Below are positions 50,580-58,413 of a stretch of DNA of 64,000 nt, in pieces. Under the pieces are notes generated by a model that was not told where the DNA came from, did no database searches, and worked only from the letters and a program-made list of their open reading frames with translations. The stretch is taken from the NCBI GenBank assembly GCA_040767805.1, contig JAXGNU010000005.1, positions 32,001 through 96,000 of the forward strand, in the 5' to 3' direction. The position numbers were made by a program, and so were the translations under genes. Source of the stretch: Thermovirgaceae bacterium (GTDB lineage Bacteria > Synergistota > Synergistia > Synergistales > Thermovirgaceae). Within the stretch, counting starts at the first letter, position 1, and every line of letters begins with the position of its first letter.

Positions 50580-51442
50580 GGAAAGGCCTGGGGGCCCTCA
50601 TACCGGGGGCGCAGGCGGAGCCCCTGCCGCCGGAAGGTGCGACGGAGGTCCTCCGCTTGAACCTTGGGGAGATAAAACCCTCGCCGAACCAGCCCAGGAA
50701 GGACTTCGACATCGAGGGCCTGGAAGCCCTGGCAGCCTCCATCAGGGAGCACGGCGTCGTCCAGCCCGTGGTCGTCCGAAAGCTCGATGGCGGTTACGAG
50801 ATCGTGGCCGGTGAGAGAAGGTGGCGCGCCGCAGGTATGGCGGGCCTTGACGAGGTGCCCGTCCGGGTCATCGATGTGGACGAGAACAGGGTCATCGAGC
50901 TGTCCCTGGTGGAGAACCTCCAGAGGGAGGACCTCTCCCCCCTGGAGGCCGCCAAGGGTATAGGCGAGCTGGTGGATAAGTTCTCCCTCACCCAGGAACA
51001 GGCGGCCCGGAAACTGGGGTGGAGCAGGGCGGCCGTGGCCAACAAGCTGAGGCTTCTGAACCTCCCCGAGGAACTCCAGGCGATGCTCCACCGGGGGGAC
51101 TTGAGCGAGGGGCACGCCAGGGCGCTGCTTTCCCTGGAGGATCCCCTGGAACAGGTCCAGCTCGCCAGGCAGTGTGTGGACCGGGGCATGTCCGTCCGGG
51201 AGGTCGAAGAGGCCGTCCGCAAGCCCTCGGGCGGGGGGAAGTCCGGGAGGAGCCGGTCGTCCCAGTCGATCCTGGTCCCTGAGCCCCTTCTCAGGGTCTC
51301 GGAACGCTACGGCATTGATATCAGGGTCAGCGGGCGCGGGGACAACGTGAGGGTCATGCTGGGCGGGTTGAGCGAGGACGAAGCCCGCAGGCTCTTCGAA
51401 ATGATAGACCGGAGCGGGGAGATACTCTTCCCCGGCAAGTGA
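50558..51442 (+). CDS. parB: ParB/Spo0J
   Basis: ALGKGLGALI, QPRKDF, AGERRWRA, ENLQREDL and HTH motifs. Confidence 0.96.
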   Translation: MARPRALGKGLGALIPGAQAEPLPPEGATEVLRLNLGEIKPSPNQPRKDFDIEGLEALAASIREHGVVQPVVVRKLDGGYEIVAGERRWRAAGMAGLDEVPVRVIDVDENRVIELSLVENLQREDLSPLEAAKGIGELVDKFSLTQEQAARKLGWSRAAVANKLRLLNLPEELQAMLHRGDLSEGHARALLSLEDPLEQVQLARQCVDRGMSVREVEEAVRKPSGGGKSGRSRSSQSILVPEPLLRVSERYGIDIRVSGRGDNVRVMLGGLSEDEARRLFEMIDRSGEILFPGK

Positions 51443-51672
51443 AGCCGAGGGTCGCGGCGATGTCGAGGCTCACCGGGGACCTAGCCGCCTTCTCCAGGGT
51501 GCTTTCCTCGGCGCTTCTCCTCTGTGGCTTCATTATCCTCGGCGTGGTGGGCGGAAGGGCCCTGGTCACGCGGGGGTACCCCGGGTGGACACAACCGGCG
51601 GCGATCGTGGGTGGAACAGCCCTCGGCGCCTGGCAGGCCTGGGGTTTTCTGAAGGCCGGGATGAAGAGGTGA
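51439..51672 (+). CDS. Small 2-TM protein (possibly AtpZ/AtpI-like)
   Basis: 77 aa, two hydrophobic helices, overlaps the parB stop codon. Confidence 0.5.
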   Translation: MKPRVAAMSRLTGDLAAFSRVLSSALLLCGFIILGVVGGRALVTRGYPGWTQPAAIVGGTALGAWQAWGFLKAGMKR

Positions 51673-51685
51673 CGGGAGCGGAAGC

Positions 51686-51713
51686 CGTGAATCGTAAATC
51701 GTGAATCGTGAAT
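51686..51713. repeat. Heptamer tandem repeat (CGTGAAT) x4
   Basis: CGTGAAT CGTAAAT CGTGAAT CGTGAAT. Confidence 0.85.
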
Positions 51714-51876
51714 CGGAAAGGCAAGGAGGCAGAAAACCCCGGAACTAAGACAAAACCTAAAGGCGGGAGACGAAAGGGCAGGGTCCGGGAAGCGAAAGAC
51801 CTTGAGCTGGGGTTTGCAGCCCTTGACCATTGAATCTCTCAGGCTTTTCATTTTAAGACCGGCGGCCCGCCGCGGG

Positions 51877-51892
51877 TGTTTCACGTGAAACA
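51877..51892. promoter_or_regulatory. parS site
   Basis: Perfect palindrome TGTTTCACGTGAAACA downstream of parB. Confidence 0.93.
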
Positions 51893-51928
51893 TACACGGT
51901 CACGGCCGTCATGGAAGGGGGGGGCTCT

Positions 51929-52426
51929 TTGGACCAACTCTTCGCACCCTGGCGGATGGCCTATATCGACGGGGCCGACAAGCAGGAAGGGTGCATCTTC
52001 TGCGATTTTCCCAAGGCGAATGAAGACAGGAAGCGGCTCATCCTCGCCCGGGGGGAACTGGTTTTCGTGATACTCAACGCCTTCCCCTACAACCCCGGGC
52101 ACCTCATGGTGGCCCCCTTCAGGCACGAGGGGGACTACGAGAACCTCAAGGACGAAGAATGCCTGGAGATGCACCGCTTCGGGCAGAGGTGCGTCACCGT
52201 CCTCAAGGAAGCCATGAACCCCCAGGGCTTCAACCTGGGCATAAACATCGGCAGGACCGCCGGGGCGGGCTTCGCCGATCATGTCCATCTTCACATCGTC
52301 CCCAGGTGGAACGGGGACACCAACTTCATGCCCGTCATAGCCGGCACGAAGGTCCTGCCGGCCTCGCTGCAGGAGACCTGGGAGAGCCTGAAGAAGGTTT
52401 GGGAGGCCCATGACCGGCGGCGGTGA
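51929..52426 (+). CDS. HIT-family hydrolase
   Basis: LFAPWR, CIFC, PYNPGHLMV and HVHLHIVPRW motifs. Confidence 0.92.
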   Translation: MDQLFAPWRMAYIDGADKQEGCIFCDFPKANEDRKRLILARGELVFVILNAFPYNPGHLMVAPFRHEGDYENLKDEECLEMHRFGQRCVTVLKEAMNPQGFNLGINIGRTAGAGFADHVHLHIVPRWNGDTNFMPVIAGTKVLPASLQETWESLKKVWEAHDRRR

Positions 52427-53036
52427 ATTCTTCGAGCCGGCCACCTTCGCCGAGGTCGAAACTAGGCACAAGCGCTCCCTTTTCATTGGTAGGGTCTTTC
52501 GCGCGGGCACCGAAGAGGAAGCCCGGGAATACGTCAGAGAGATATCTCGGCGACATGCTGACGCTACGCATCACTGTTGGGCCTACAAAGTGGGCTTCCC
52601 CCAGGCGACGGAGTACTACTCCGATGCCGGCGAGCCTTCGGGGACGGCGGGCAGGCCCATCCTCGGGGCCATCCACCGGGCCGGCGTCGTCAACACGGTG
52701 GTGGTGGTCACCCGGTACTTCGGGGGGACGAAGCTGGGCGTGAGGGGCCTCATCGAGGCCTACGGCGAGTGCGCCGCGCTGGCCCTGGCGGCGGCCGGGC
52801 GAAGGGGGCGCGTCAGGTCCAGGGAGGCTTCCCTGGAGTGCCCCTATGAGCACGCCCGGTCGGTCCTGAAGCAGCTGGCGGACCTCGGCCTGCCAGAGAG
52901 CGCCGTGGAGACGGAGTGGGGTGCCGCGGTGACCCTCACAGCGGCGGTGCCCCTGTCCCTCGCCGACGATGCCGCTTCCCTCTTCGATAATTACGAAGAA
53001 AGAGGTTTAATTACCCGCTGGGAATGGAAAAAATAG
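52410..53036 (+). CDS. IMPACT/YigZ family protein
   Basis: ATHHCWAY, DAGEPSGTAGRP and VTRYFGGTKLG motifs. Confidence 0.92.
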   Translation: MTGGGEFFEPATFAEVETRHKRSLFIGRVFRAGTEEEAREYVREISRRHADATHHCWAYKVGFPQATEYYSDAGEPSGTAGRPILGAIHRAGVVNTVVVVTRYFGGTKLGVRGLIEAYGECAALALAAAGRRGRVRSREASLECPYEHARSVLKQLADLGLPESAVETEWGAAVTLTAAVPLSLADDAASLFDNYEERGLITRWEWKK

Positions 53037-53054
53037 GACTGGAGGGGATCATCA

Positions 53055-54560
53055 GTGCAGCACACCGATGACCGTTCATCGTTCAGTGAGAAGCTGGCCC
53101 ACCCCGTGAGCCGGAGCCTCCTCCGGGACGTCACCGAGGATGAACTCAGGGCCATGGCTTTCCACGAAGCCGTGCCCAACGACCAGGGAGCCTCCCTCTA
53201 CGTAACGAAAATCCGCTCCAGGAGCGCGGCCTTCACCGATATCGTCTACGAGGTCGACGAGCCCCTGGTGGCGCTGCTGGAACAGGTATGGGGTTACCTC
53301 CGGTGGCAGCAGATGATCCGCGTAACGGCCAGGATAGGCTCACCGGACCGCCGGCCGATGCTGGCGAACTTCTACGTGACCCGCAGGTATGCCAGGCTGG
53401 CCCAGATGTTCGCCATGAACTTCTCCACGGAACTGGACCGGGACTATGCCGACATAGTCACCGTGGCCGTCCCCGAGTGGCACCAGCGCAAGATCATCGT
53501 CCTCCCCAGGCAGAGGGTCACCTACATCCTGGGGAGCGACTACTACGGCGAGACCAAGATGGCCACCCTGAGGATGGTCATGCACCTGGGGCGCGAAACG
53601 ATGAACGCCCTCGGCCTTCACGCCGGCAGCAAGGTCATCAGGGTGAACACCCCCAGGGGGCTGGAGGAGAAGGGAGTGCTCATCTTCGGGCTTTCCGGCA
53701 CCGGCAAGACCACCATCACCACGGCCGATCACGGCCTGGAGGCGCCCGAGGGCGTGGAGGTGCTTCAGGACGATATAAACATCCTCCTCTCCAACGGCAG
53801 CGCCCTGGGTTCGGAGGCCAACTTCTACATAAAGACCGACAACGTGACGAAGCAGCCGGCTCTCCTGTGGGCCGCCCGGGACAGGAAGGCCCTCATAGAG
53901 AACTGCTGGGTGGACGATGACGACCATATCAACTTCGACGACCACGCCCTGACGACCAACGGCAGGGCCGTCGTCCCCCGGGAGGCGATACCCAACACGT
54001 CGGGCCGGATAGACCTGGACAAGGTCGACTGCCTGCTTTTCAACATGAGGAGGTACGACACCCCGCCCATCGGGCGCCTCGTCTCGCCGGAGCAGGCCGC
54101 GGCCTACTTCATGCTGGGGGAGTCGACCATCACCAGCGCGGACGACCCCTCCAGGGTGGGCCAGGCCAAGAGAGTGGTTGGCTTCGACCCCTTCGTCATC
54201 GACAACCCCCACATCAACGGCAACAGGCTGTTGAGGATCCTGAGGGACAACCCGGGCATCCGGTGCTACCTCCTCAACACCGGGAGGATTGGGGGCAAGG
54301 ACGGGGCCAACATCACCGTCGAGGCCACCACCACGGCCGTCAGAGAAGCCATGAGGGAGACCCTGGAGTGGCGCTACGACGATATCCTGGGTTACGAGGT
54401 ACCCTCGTCGCTGCCGGTGCCCCAGGGAGGGGACCTCGACCCCTACCGGTGGTACTCCCGGGAGGAATACGCCTCCATGATCGGCGACCTTCGCAGGGAA
54501 AGAAAGGAATACCTGCAACAGTTCAAGGGCCTGGCCCCGGAGATCGTCGACGGGGTCTGA
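53055..54560 (+). CDS. pckA: Phosphoenolpyruvate carboxykinase (ATP)
   Basis: YYGETK, LHAG, FGLSGTGKTT, QDD, TTNGRA and YLLNTG motifs. Confidence 0.9.
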   Translation: MQHTDDRSSFSEKLAHPVSRSLLRDVTEDELRAMAFHEAVPNDQGASLYVTKIRSRSAAFTDIVYEVDEPLVALLEQVWGYLRWQQMIRVTARIGSPDRRPMLANFYVTRRYARLAQMFAMNFSTELDRDYADIVTVAVPEWHQRKIIVLPRQRVTYILGSDYYGETKMATLRMVMHLGRETMNALGLHAGSKVIRVNTPRGLEEKGVLIFGLSGTGKTTITTADHGLEAPEGVEVLQDDINILLSNGSALGSEANFYIKTDNVTKQPALLWAARDRKALIENCWVDDDDHINFDDHALTTNGRAVVPREAIPNTSGRIDLDKVDCLLFNMRRYDTPPIGRLVSPEQAAAYFMLGESTITSADDPSRVGQAKRVVGFDPFVIDNPHINGNRLLRILRDNPGIRCYLLNTGRIGGKDGANITVEATTTAVREAMRETLEWRYDDILGYEVPSSLPVPQGGDLDPYRWYSREEYASMIGDLRRERKEYLQQFKGLAPEIVDGV

Positions 54561-54584
54561 CGGGAGAACCGCCCTAAGGCCAAG

Positions 54585-55220
54585 CTAGAGCCCTTCCTGG
54601 ACGGCCCTCTCCCAGGCGCTCCCGAGGTGGCAGGCCTCGCCCAGGACGAGGACCTCCAGCCCCCGGGGCGTCTCCTCCAGGAGGGTGATGCTGCCGTTCC
54701 CGAGGCGGAACCTCCAGAAGCTGTCCAAGGGCGCGTCGAAGACCCGGCAGAGGAGGACCTTGAGGACCGCGTCGTGGGAGAAGAGGGCCAGGGTGTCCCC
54801 CGGGCCCGCCAGGATCTCCCTGAAGGCCCCCCATGCCCGGCGGGAGACCCCGTGGAGGTTCTCCCCCCCCGGCATGGTCACCTCCTCCGGCCTGGAGTGC
54901 CAGAGGGAGAGCATCCCCGGCCACAGGCTTTCCACTTCCCCGGCGGTGTGCCCCTCCCAGAGACCATGGTCTATTTCGATCAAGCCCGGGTGGGTCTCAA
55001 TACCTAACCCAAGGAGGGAGGCCGCGGCCTCCGCCGTCCCGGCGGCGCGGGAGAGGGGGCTCGACACCACCCTGTCCACGGAAGAACGCAGGAGCGCCCC
55101 CGCGGCGGAGCGGGCCTGCCCCCTGCCCAGGTCGTTCAGGGGGATGTCCCTCCTGCCCTGGAAGCGCCCTTCCCGGTTCCAGTCCGTCTCGCCGTGCCTT
55201 ACCAGGAAGATCCGCCTCAT
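54585..55220 (-). CDS. Histidine-phosphatase family protein, probable metal-independent phosphoserine phosphatase
   Basis: RHGETDWN, EIDHGLWEG and SHD motifs; directly follows serA. Confidence 0.8.
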   Translation of the reverse strand: MRRIFLVRHGETDWNREGRFQGRRDIPLNDLGRGQARSAAGALLRSSVDRVVSSPLSRAAGTAEAAASLLGLGIETHPGLIEIDHGLWEGHTAGEVESLWPGMLSLWHSRPEEVTMPGGENLHGVSRRAWGAFREILAGPGDTLALFSHDAVLKVLLCRVFDAPLDSFWRFRLGNGSITLLEETPRGLEVLVLGEACHLGSAWERAVQEGL

Positions 55221-56867
55221 CTAGAGGTCCTCCGTAAAGCGGACCTTCACCGCCCAGAGCAGGTCCACATCCTTTTTCAGTTCCTCCAGGACGGGCATGG
55301 GGACGTCGTCGTCGATCTGCAGGGCCCCCACGGCCAACCCGCTCCCGTTCCTGCGCCCCAGGGCGAAGTTGGCGATGTTCGTCCCGGCTCTCCCCAGGAG
55401 GGTCCCCACCTTCCCGATCACGCCGGGGCGGTCGTGGTTGCTGAAGAGGAGTACCGTCCCCTCGGGGATGAACTCTATCCAGTAGCCCCCTATGTTGACC
55501 ACCCTCTGGCGTCCCTCTTCGGTTATCGTCCCCGACACGGTGATGCCCTCCCGGGAACCGGGCGACAGGAGCTCCAGTTCGACCTGGTTGCGCCAGGTCC
55601 CGGGGCCGGTACGGCTCTCCTCGATCCTGATGCCCTTGTCCTCCGCCAGCATCGGCGCCGACATGTAGTTCACCTCGGGACCGTGGGAGTATTCCAGGTA
55701 GCCCTTGAGCCCAGCCACAGTGAAGGGGGAGAAATGATAGGGTATTTCGAAGCACACCGGCTCGTCGGCGGGCGAGAAGAGGGGGCCCCGCAGGCTGACC
55801 TTCAGCCGCGTAGCCGGCTCCCGCGAGAGGTGCGCCGCCAGGTAACCGAGTTTGCGGGCCAGCGAAAGGAAGGCCCTGGTGCCCTCGGGGAGGGACTGCT
55901 CCACGAAAGGTAAGTTCACGGCGTTCTCGCAGGGTTTCCCCTTGAGGGCGGCCAGGAGGTTCGAGCAGGCTATGACGGCCACCGCCGACTGGGCCTCCTC
56001 GGTGTTGGCCCCGATGTGGGGCGTCAAGACCACCTTCTCACGGATATCATCGGCAAGCAGGGGGTTGTCGGGCCGCGGGGGTTCGCCGTCGTAGACGTCG
56101 ATGGCGGCCCCGGCCAGGTGCCCTGAGCGCAGGGCCTCCGCGCAGGCAGCCTCGTCCACGAGCCCGCCCCTGGCGCAGTTGACCAGGTAGGCTCCCGGCC
56201 TGCAGGCTTTTATTGCCTCCCCGTCGATGATACCCCGCGTCTCGGACGTCAGGGGGACGTGCAGGGTGACCACGTCGGCCAGGGACAGGGCGCCCTTGAG
56301 GTCTTCCATCAGGCGGACGCCGGCCCTGTCGGCCTTGGCCTGGGAGACGTAGGGGTCGTAGGCGGAAACCTCCATGCCGAAAGCCCTGCACCGGGCCGCC
56401 ACCTGGGTCCCTATCCTGCCCAGCCCGACGATGAGGAGCCTTTTGCCCGAGAGCTGCCTGCCCAGGAAGCGGCTCCTCTTCCACTCCCCGGAGGTCAGCG
56501 ATTGAAAGGCCTGGGGTACCTTCCTTACCATGGAGAGCATCACGGCCATGGTGTGTTCCGTCGCCGCCAAGGTGTTCCCCGTGGGCGCGTTTATGACCAC
56601 GACGCCCCTGCGGCTAGCTTCGGCCAGGTCGATGTTGTCCAGCCCTACGCCGGCCCTCGCCGCAGCCCGCAGCCTTTTCGCGGCGTCCAGGATCTCGGGG
56701 TCGAGGGGGGTCCCGCTCCGGGTGATCATCCCGTCCACGTCCCCCACCTCCGCGAGGAGTTCCTCCCGGGAGAGGCCCGTTTTGACGAGCAACTGCACCT
56801 CCGGGTCCTGCCGAAGTACATCCAGCCCAGCCTCGGAGATATTTTCCGTTACCAGTACCTTCAGCAT
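55221..56867 (-). CDS. serA: D-3-phosphoglycerate dehydrogenase with C-terminal ACT domain
   Basis: RAGVGLDNID, NAPTGNT, GLGRIG, NCARGG, TPHIGA and DRPGVIG motifs; true start is ATG 56867. Confidence 0.95.
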   Translation of the reverse strand: MLKVLVTENISEAGLDVLRQDPEVQLLVKTGLSREELLAEVGDVDGMITRSGTPLDPEILDAAKRLRAAARAGVGLDNIDLAEASRRGVVVINAPTGNTLAATEHTMAVMLSMVRKVPQAFQSLTSGEWKRSRFLGRQLSGKRLLIVGLGRIGTQVAARCRAFGMEVSAYDPYVSQAKADRAGVRLMEDLKGALSLADVVTLHVPLTSETRGIIDGEAIKACRPGAYLVNCARGGLVDEAACAEALRSGHLAGAAIDVYDGEPPRPDNPLLADDIREKVVLTPHIGANTEEAQSAVAVIACSNLLAALKGKPCENAVNLPFVEQSLPEGTRAFLSLARKLGYLAAHLSREPATRLKVSLRGPLFSPADEPVCFEIPYHFSPFTVAGLKGYLEYSHGPEVNYMSAPMLAEDKGIRIEESRTGPGTWRNQVELELLSPGSREGITVSGTITEEGRQRVVNIGGYWIEFIPEGTVLLFSNHDRPGVIGKVGTLLGRAGTNIANFALGRRNGSGLAVGALQIDDDVPMPVLEELKKDVDLLWAVKVRFTEDL

Positions 56868-58012
56868 GACCGATCCCCTTCCCTTTCCCACGTCTTGAAG
56901 GCTTTGTCCAGAAAACCGCCCCCCGCGTCGATGCCGCATTCCCTGGCTGCGCCGAAGACTCCGCCGGCCAGGAGGCATACCTCCGGCCACCCACCGGGGT
57001 TGTAGTGGGCGATCCGCAGGGTGCCGCCGCCCCTTCCCTGCCCCTCGGCGACGGTGATGCCCATATCTTCGAGGGCCTTCTTCATGGGCCGCTCTTTCCC
57101 TGAGGGCACCTCGAGGGCGGTCATGACGGGCGATCGGTACTCCCTTTCCCTCACGAAAAGTTCGAAACCCATCGCCTCGCAGGCGGCCTCGAAGGAGCGA
57201 GCCTTCCTGCGCGTCCTGTCGGCCCAGGCGTCCCATCCGAAGCCCTCGAGAAGGCGGAGCGACTCGGCCAGTCCGTAAAAGACGCTCACGGGAGGAGTGA
57301 AGGGGTTCTGGGGCCTCCCCTTTTTCAGGAATCTCCTGTGGAGGGTCAGGTCGAAGAAGTATGAGGGGCAGGCCCCCTTGGCGGCCCTTTCCCAACCCCG
57401 TTCCGAGAGGTGGACCAGGGCAAGGCCGGGGGGAGCGAGAAGCCCCTTCTGGGAGCAGGAGGCGAGGCCGTCGATCCCCCACTTCGAGGGGCGGCAGGTC
57501 ATGGCTCCGAGGGAGCTCACGGCGTCGACCAGCACAAGCGGTCCGTCGGCGGGGACCTCCGCCAGGAGTTCTTCCAGGGGGTTGACCACGCCCGTGGAAG
57601 TCTCGTGGTGGGTGAAAAGTAGTGCATCAGCCCCGGGATATCTTTCCAGGGCTTCCCTGACGTGCCCTCTCGTGAATCCCTCGCCCCGGGGTGCGTCAAG
57701 GGCGTGGATCTTGGCGCCTCTCCTCGATGCGATCTCCCGGAAACGGTCCCCGAAGGTCCCGCAGGAGAAGGAGATCACCTCGTCGTCGGGCGACAACAGG
57801 TTGGCCGTCAGGGTTTCCAGGGCCCCTGTGCCGGAACCCGGAAGGATGACCACGGGTTCCTCGACGTCCAGGAGTCTTTCAAGGCGGCCCGTTACTTCCT
57901 CCAGCAGGTCGGACCATTCCTCGCTCCGATGGCTGATCATGGGCCCGGCCGCCGCCCTCCTGACGGAAAAGGGCACGTCCACCGGCCCGGGAGTGTACAG
58001 GTATCGCGTCAT
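56861..58012 (-). CDS. Class V PLP aminotransferase (serine-pyruvate type; probable phosphoserine aminotransferase role)
   Basis: TPGP, HRS, GSGTGA, HETSTG, DAVSS, SQKGL and PFTPP motifs; first gene of the serA operon. Confidence 0.88.
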   Translation of the reverse strand: MTRYLYTPGPVDVPFSVRRAAAGPMISHRSEEWSDLLEEVTGRLERLLDVEEPVVILPGSGTGALETLTANLLSPDDEVISFSCGTFGDRFREIASRRGAKIHALDAPRGEGFTRGHVREALERYPGADALLFTHHETSTGVVNPLEELLAEVPADGPLVLVDAVSSLGAMTCRPSKWGIDGLASCSQKGLLAPPGLALVHLSERGWERAAKGACPSYFFDLTLHRRFLKKGRPQNPFTPPVSVFYGLAESLRLLEGFGWDAWADRTRRKARSFEAACEAMGFELFVREREYRSPVMTALEVPSGKERPMKKALEDMGITVAEGQGRGGGTLRIAHYNPGGWPEVCLLAGGVFGAARECGIDAGGGFLDKAFKTWEREGDRSC

Positions 58013-58032
58013 GGGATCCCCTCCTCGTAGAT

Positions 58033-58064
58033 AAAAAAGGCCGGGAGAACACTTCTCCCGGCCT
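58033..58064 (-). terminator. Intrinsic terminator in the 5' leader of the serine operon (attenuator)
   Basis: Minus strand AGGCCGGGAGAA-GTG-TTCTCCCGGCCT-TTTTT, about 20 nt before the aminotransferase ATG. Confidence 0.88.
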
Positions 58065-58108
58065 GTATCTCCCTGAAACGCTGTGTTTTTTCCCCAGTTG
58101 TCCTGGGT

Positions 58109-58222
58109 CTACCGCGGTCCTCCCCCTGCCGGCAAAGAGAGGCCTGCCCTTCCGGGCCAACCGGAAGAGGAGCTGGAAGAAGAGCTACCGGCCTTGCCGA
58201 CAAAAAGGTAAACCTCGATCAA
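58109..58222 (-). CDS. Putative serine-operon leader peptide (37 aa, Ser8 run)
   Basis: TTG start gives MIEVYLFVGKAGSSSSSSSSGWPGRAGLSLPAGGGPR*. Ser codons AGC TCT TCT TCC AGC TCC TCT TCC at 58186-58163. Purine-rich GGGGAAGTG upstream. Confidence 0.75.
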   Translation of the reverse strand: MIEVYLFVGKAGSSSSSSSSGWPGRAGLSLPAGGGPR

Positions 58223-58255
58223 GAGAAAACACTTCCCCGTGAAAACATTGTCCGA

Positions 58256-58284
58256 TTTATACCACGAGAGCGTTCAAAGGTAAA
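58256..58284 (-). promoter_or_regulatory. Sigma70-type promoter of the serine operon
   Basis: Minus strand TTTACC-17 bp-TATAAA with extended TG. Confidence 0.55.
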
Positions 58285-58413
58285 TAGCCGCCCCGGGCCC
58301 CGGGCGGCGCCTCTTGTTTGACGTATGCGTCTGCAGCCTCTACGATGATGCCTCAAATAGACCCTCCAAGGGGCTCGATCTTTAACGGGAAAACGCGAAG
58401 GGAGATGTAGAAA

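Noticed and set aside
55221..57482. 753-aa N-terminally extended SerA from the ORF track
   Set aside because: The extension overlaps the aminotransferase in another frame; SerA homology starts at ATG 56867.
58020..58260. T-box riboswitch in the serine operon leader
   Set aside because: No T-box consensus (AGGGTGGNACCGCG) is found before the terminator; only a partial GACCGCG is present. The Ser8 ORF explains the leader better, though an Infernal scan would settle it.
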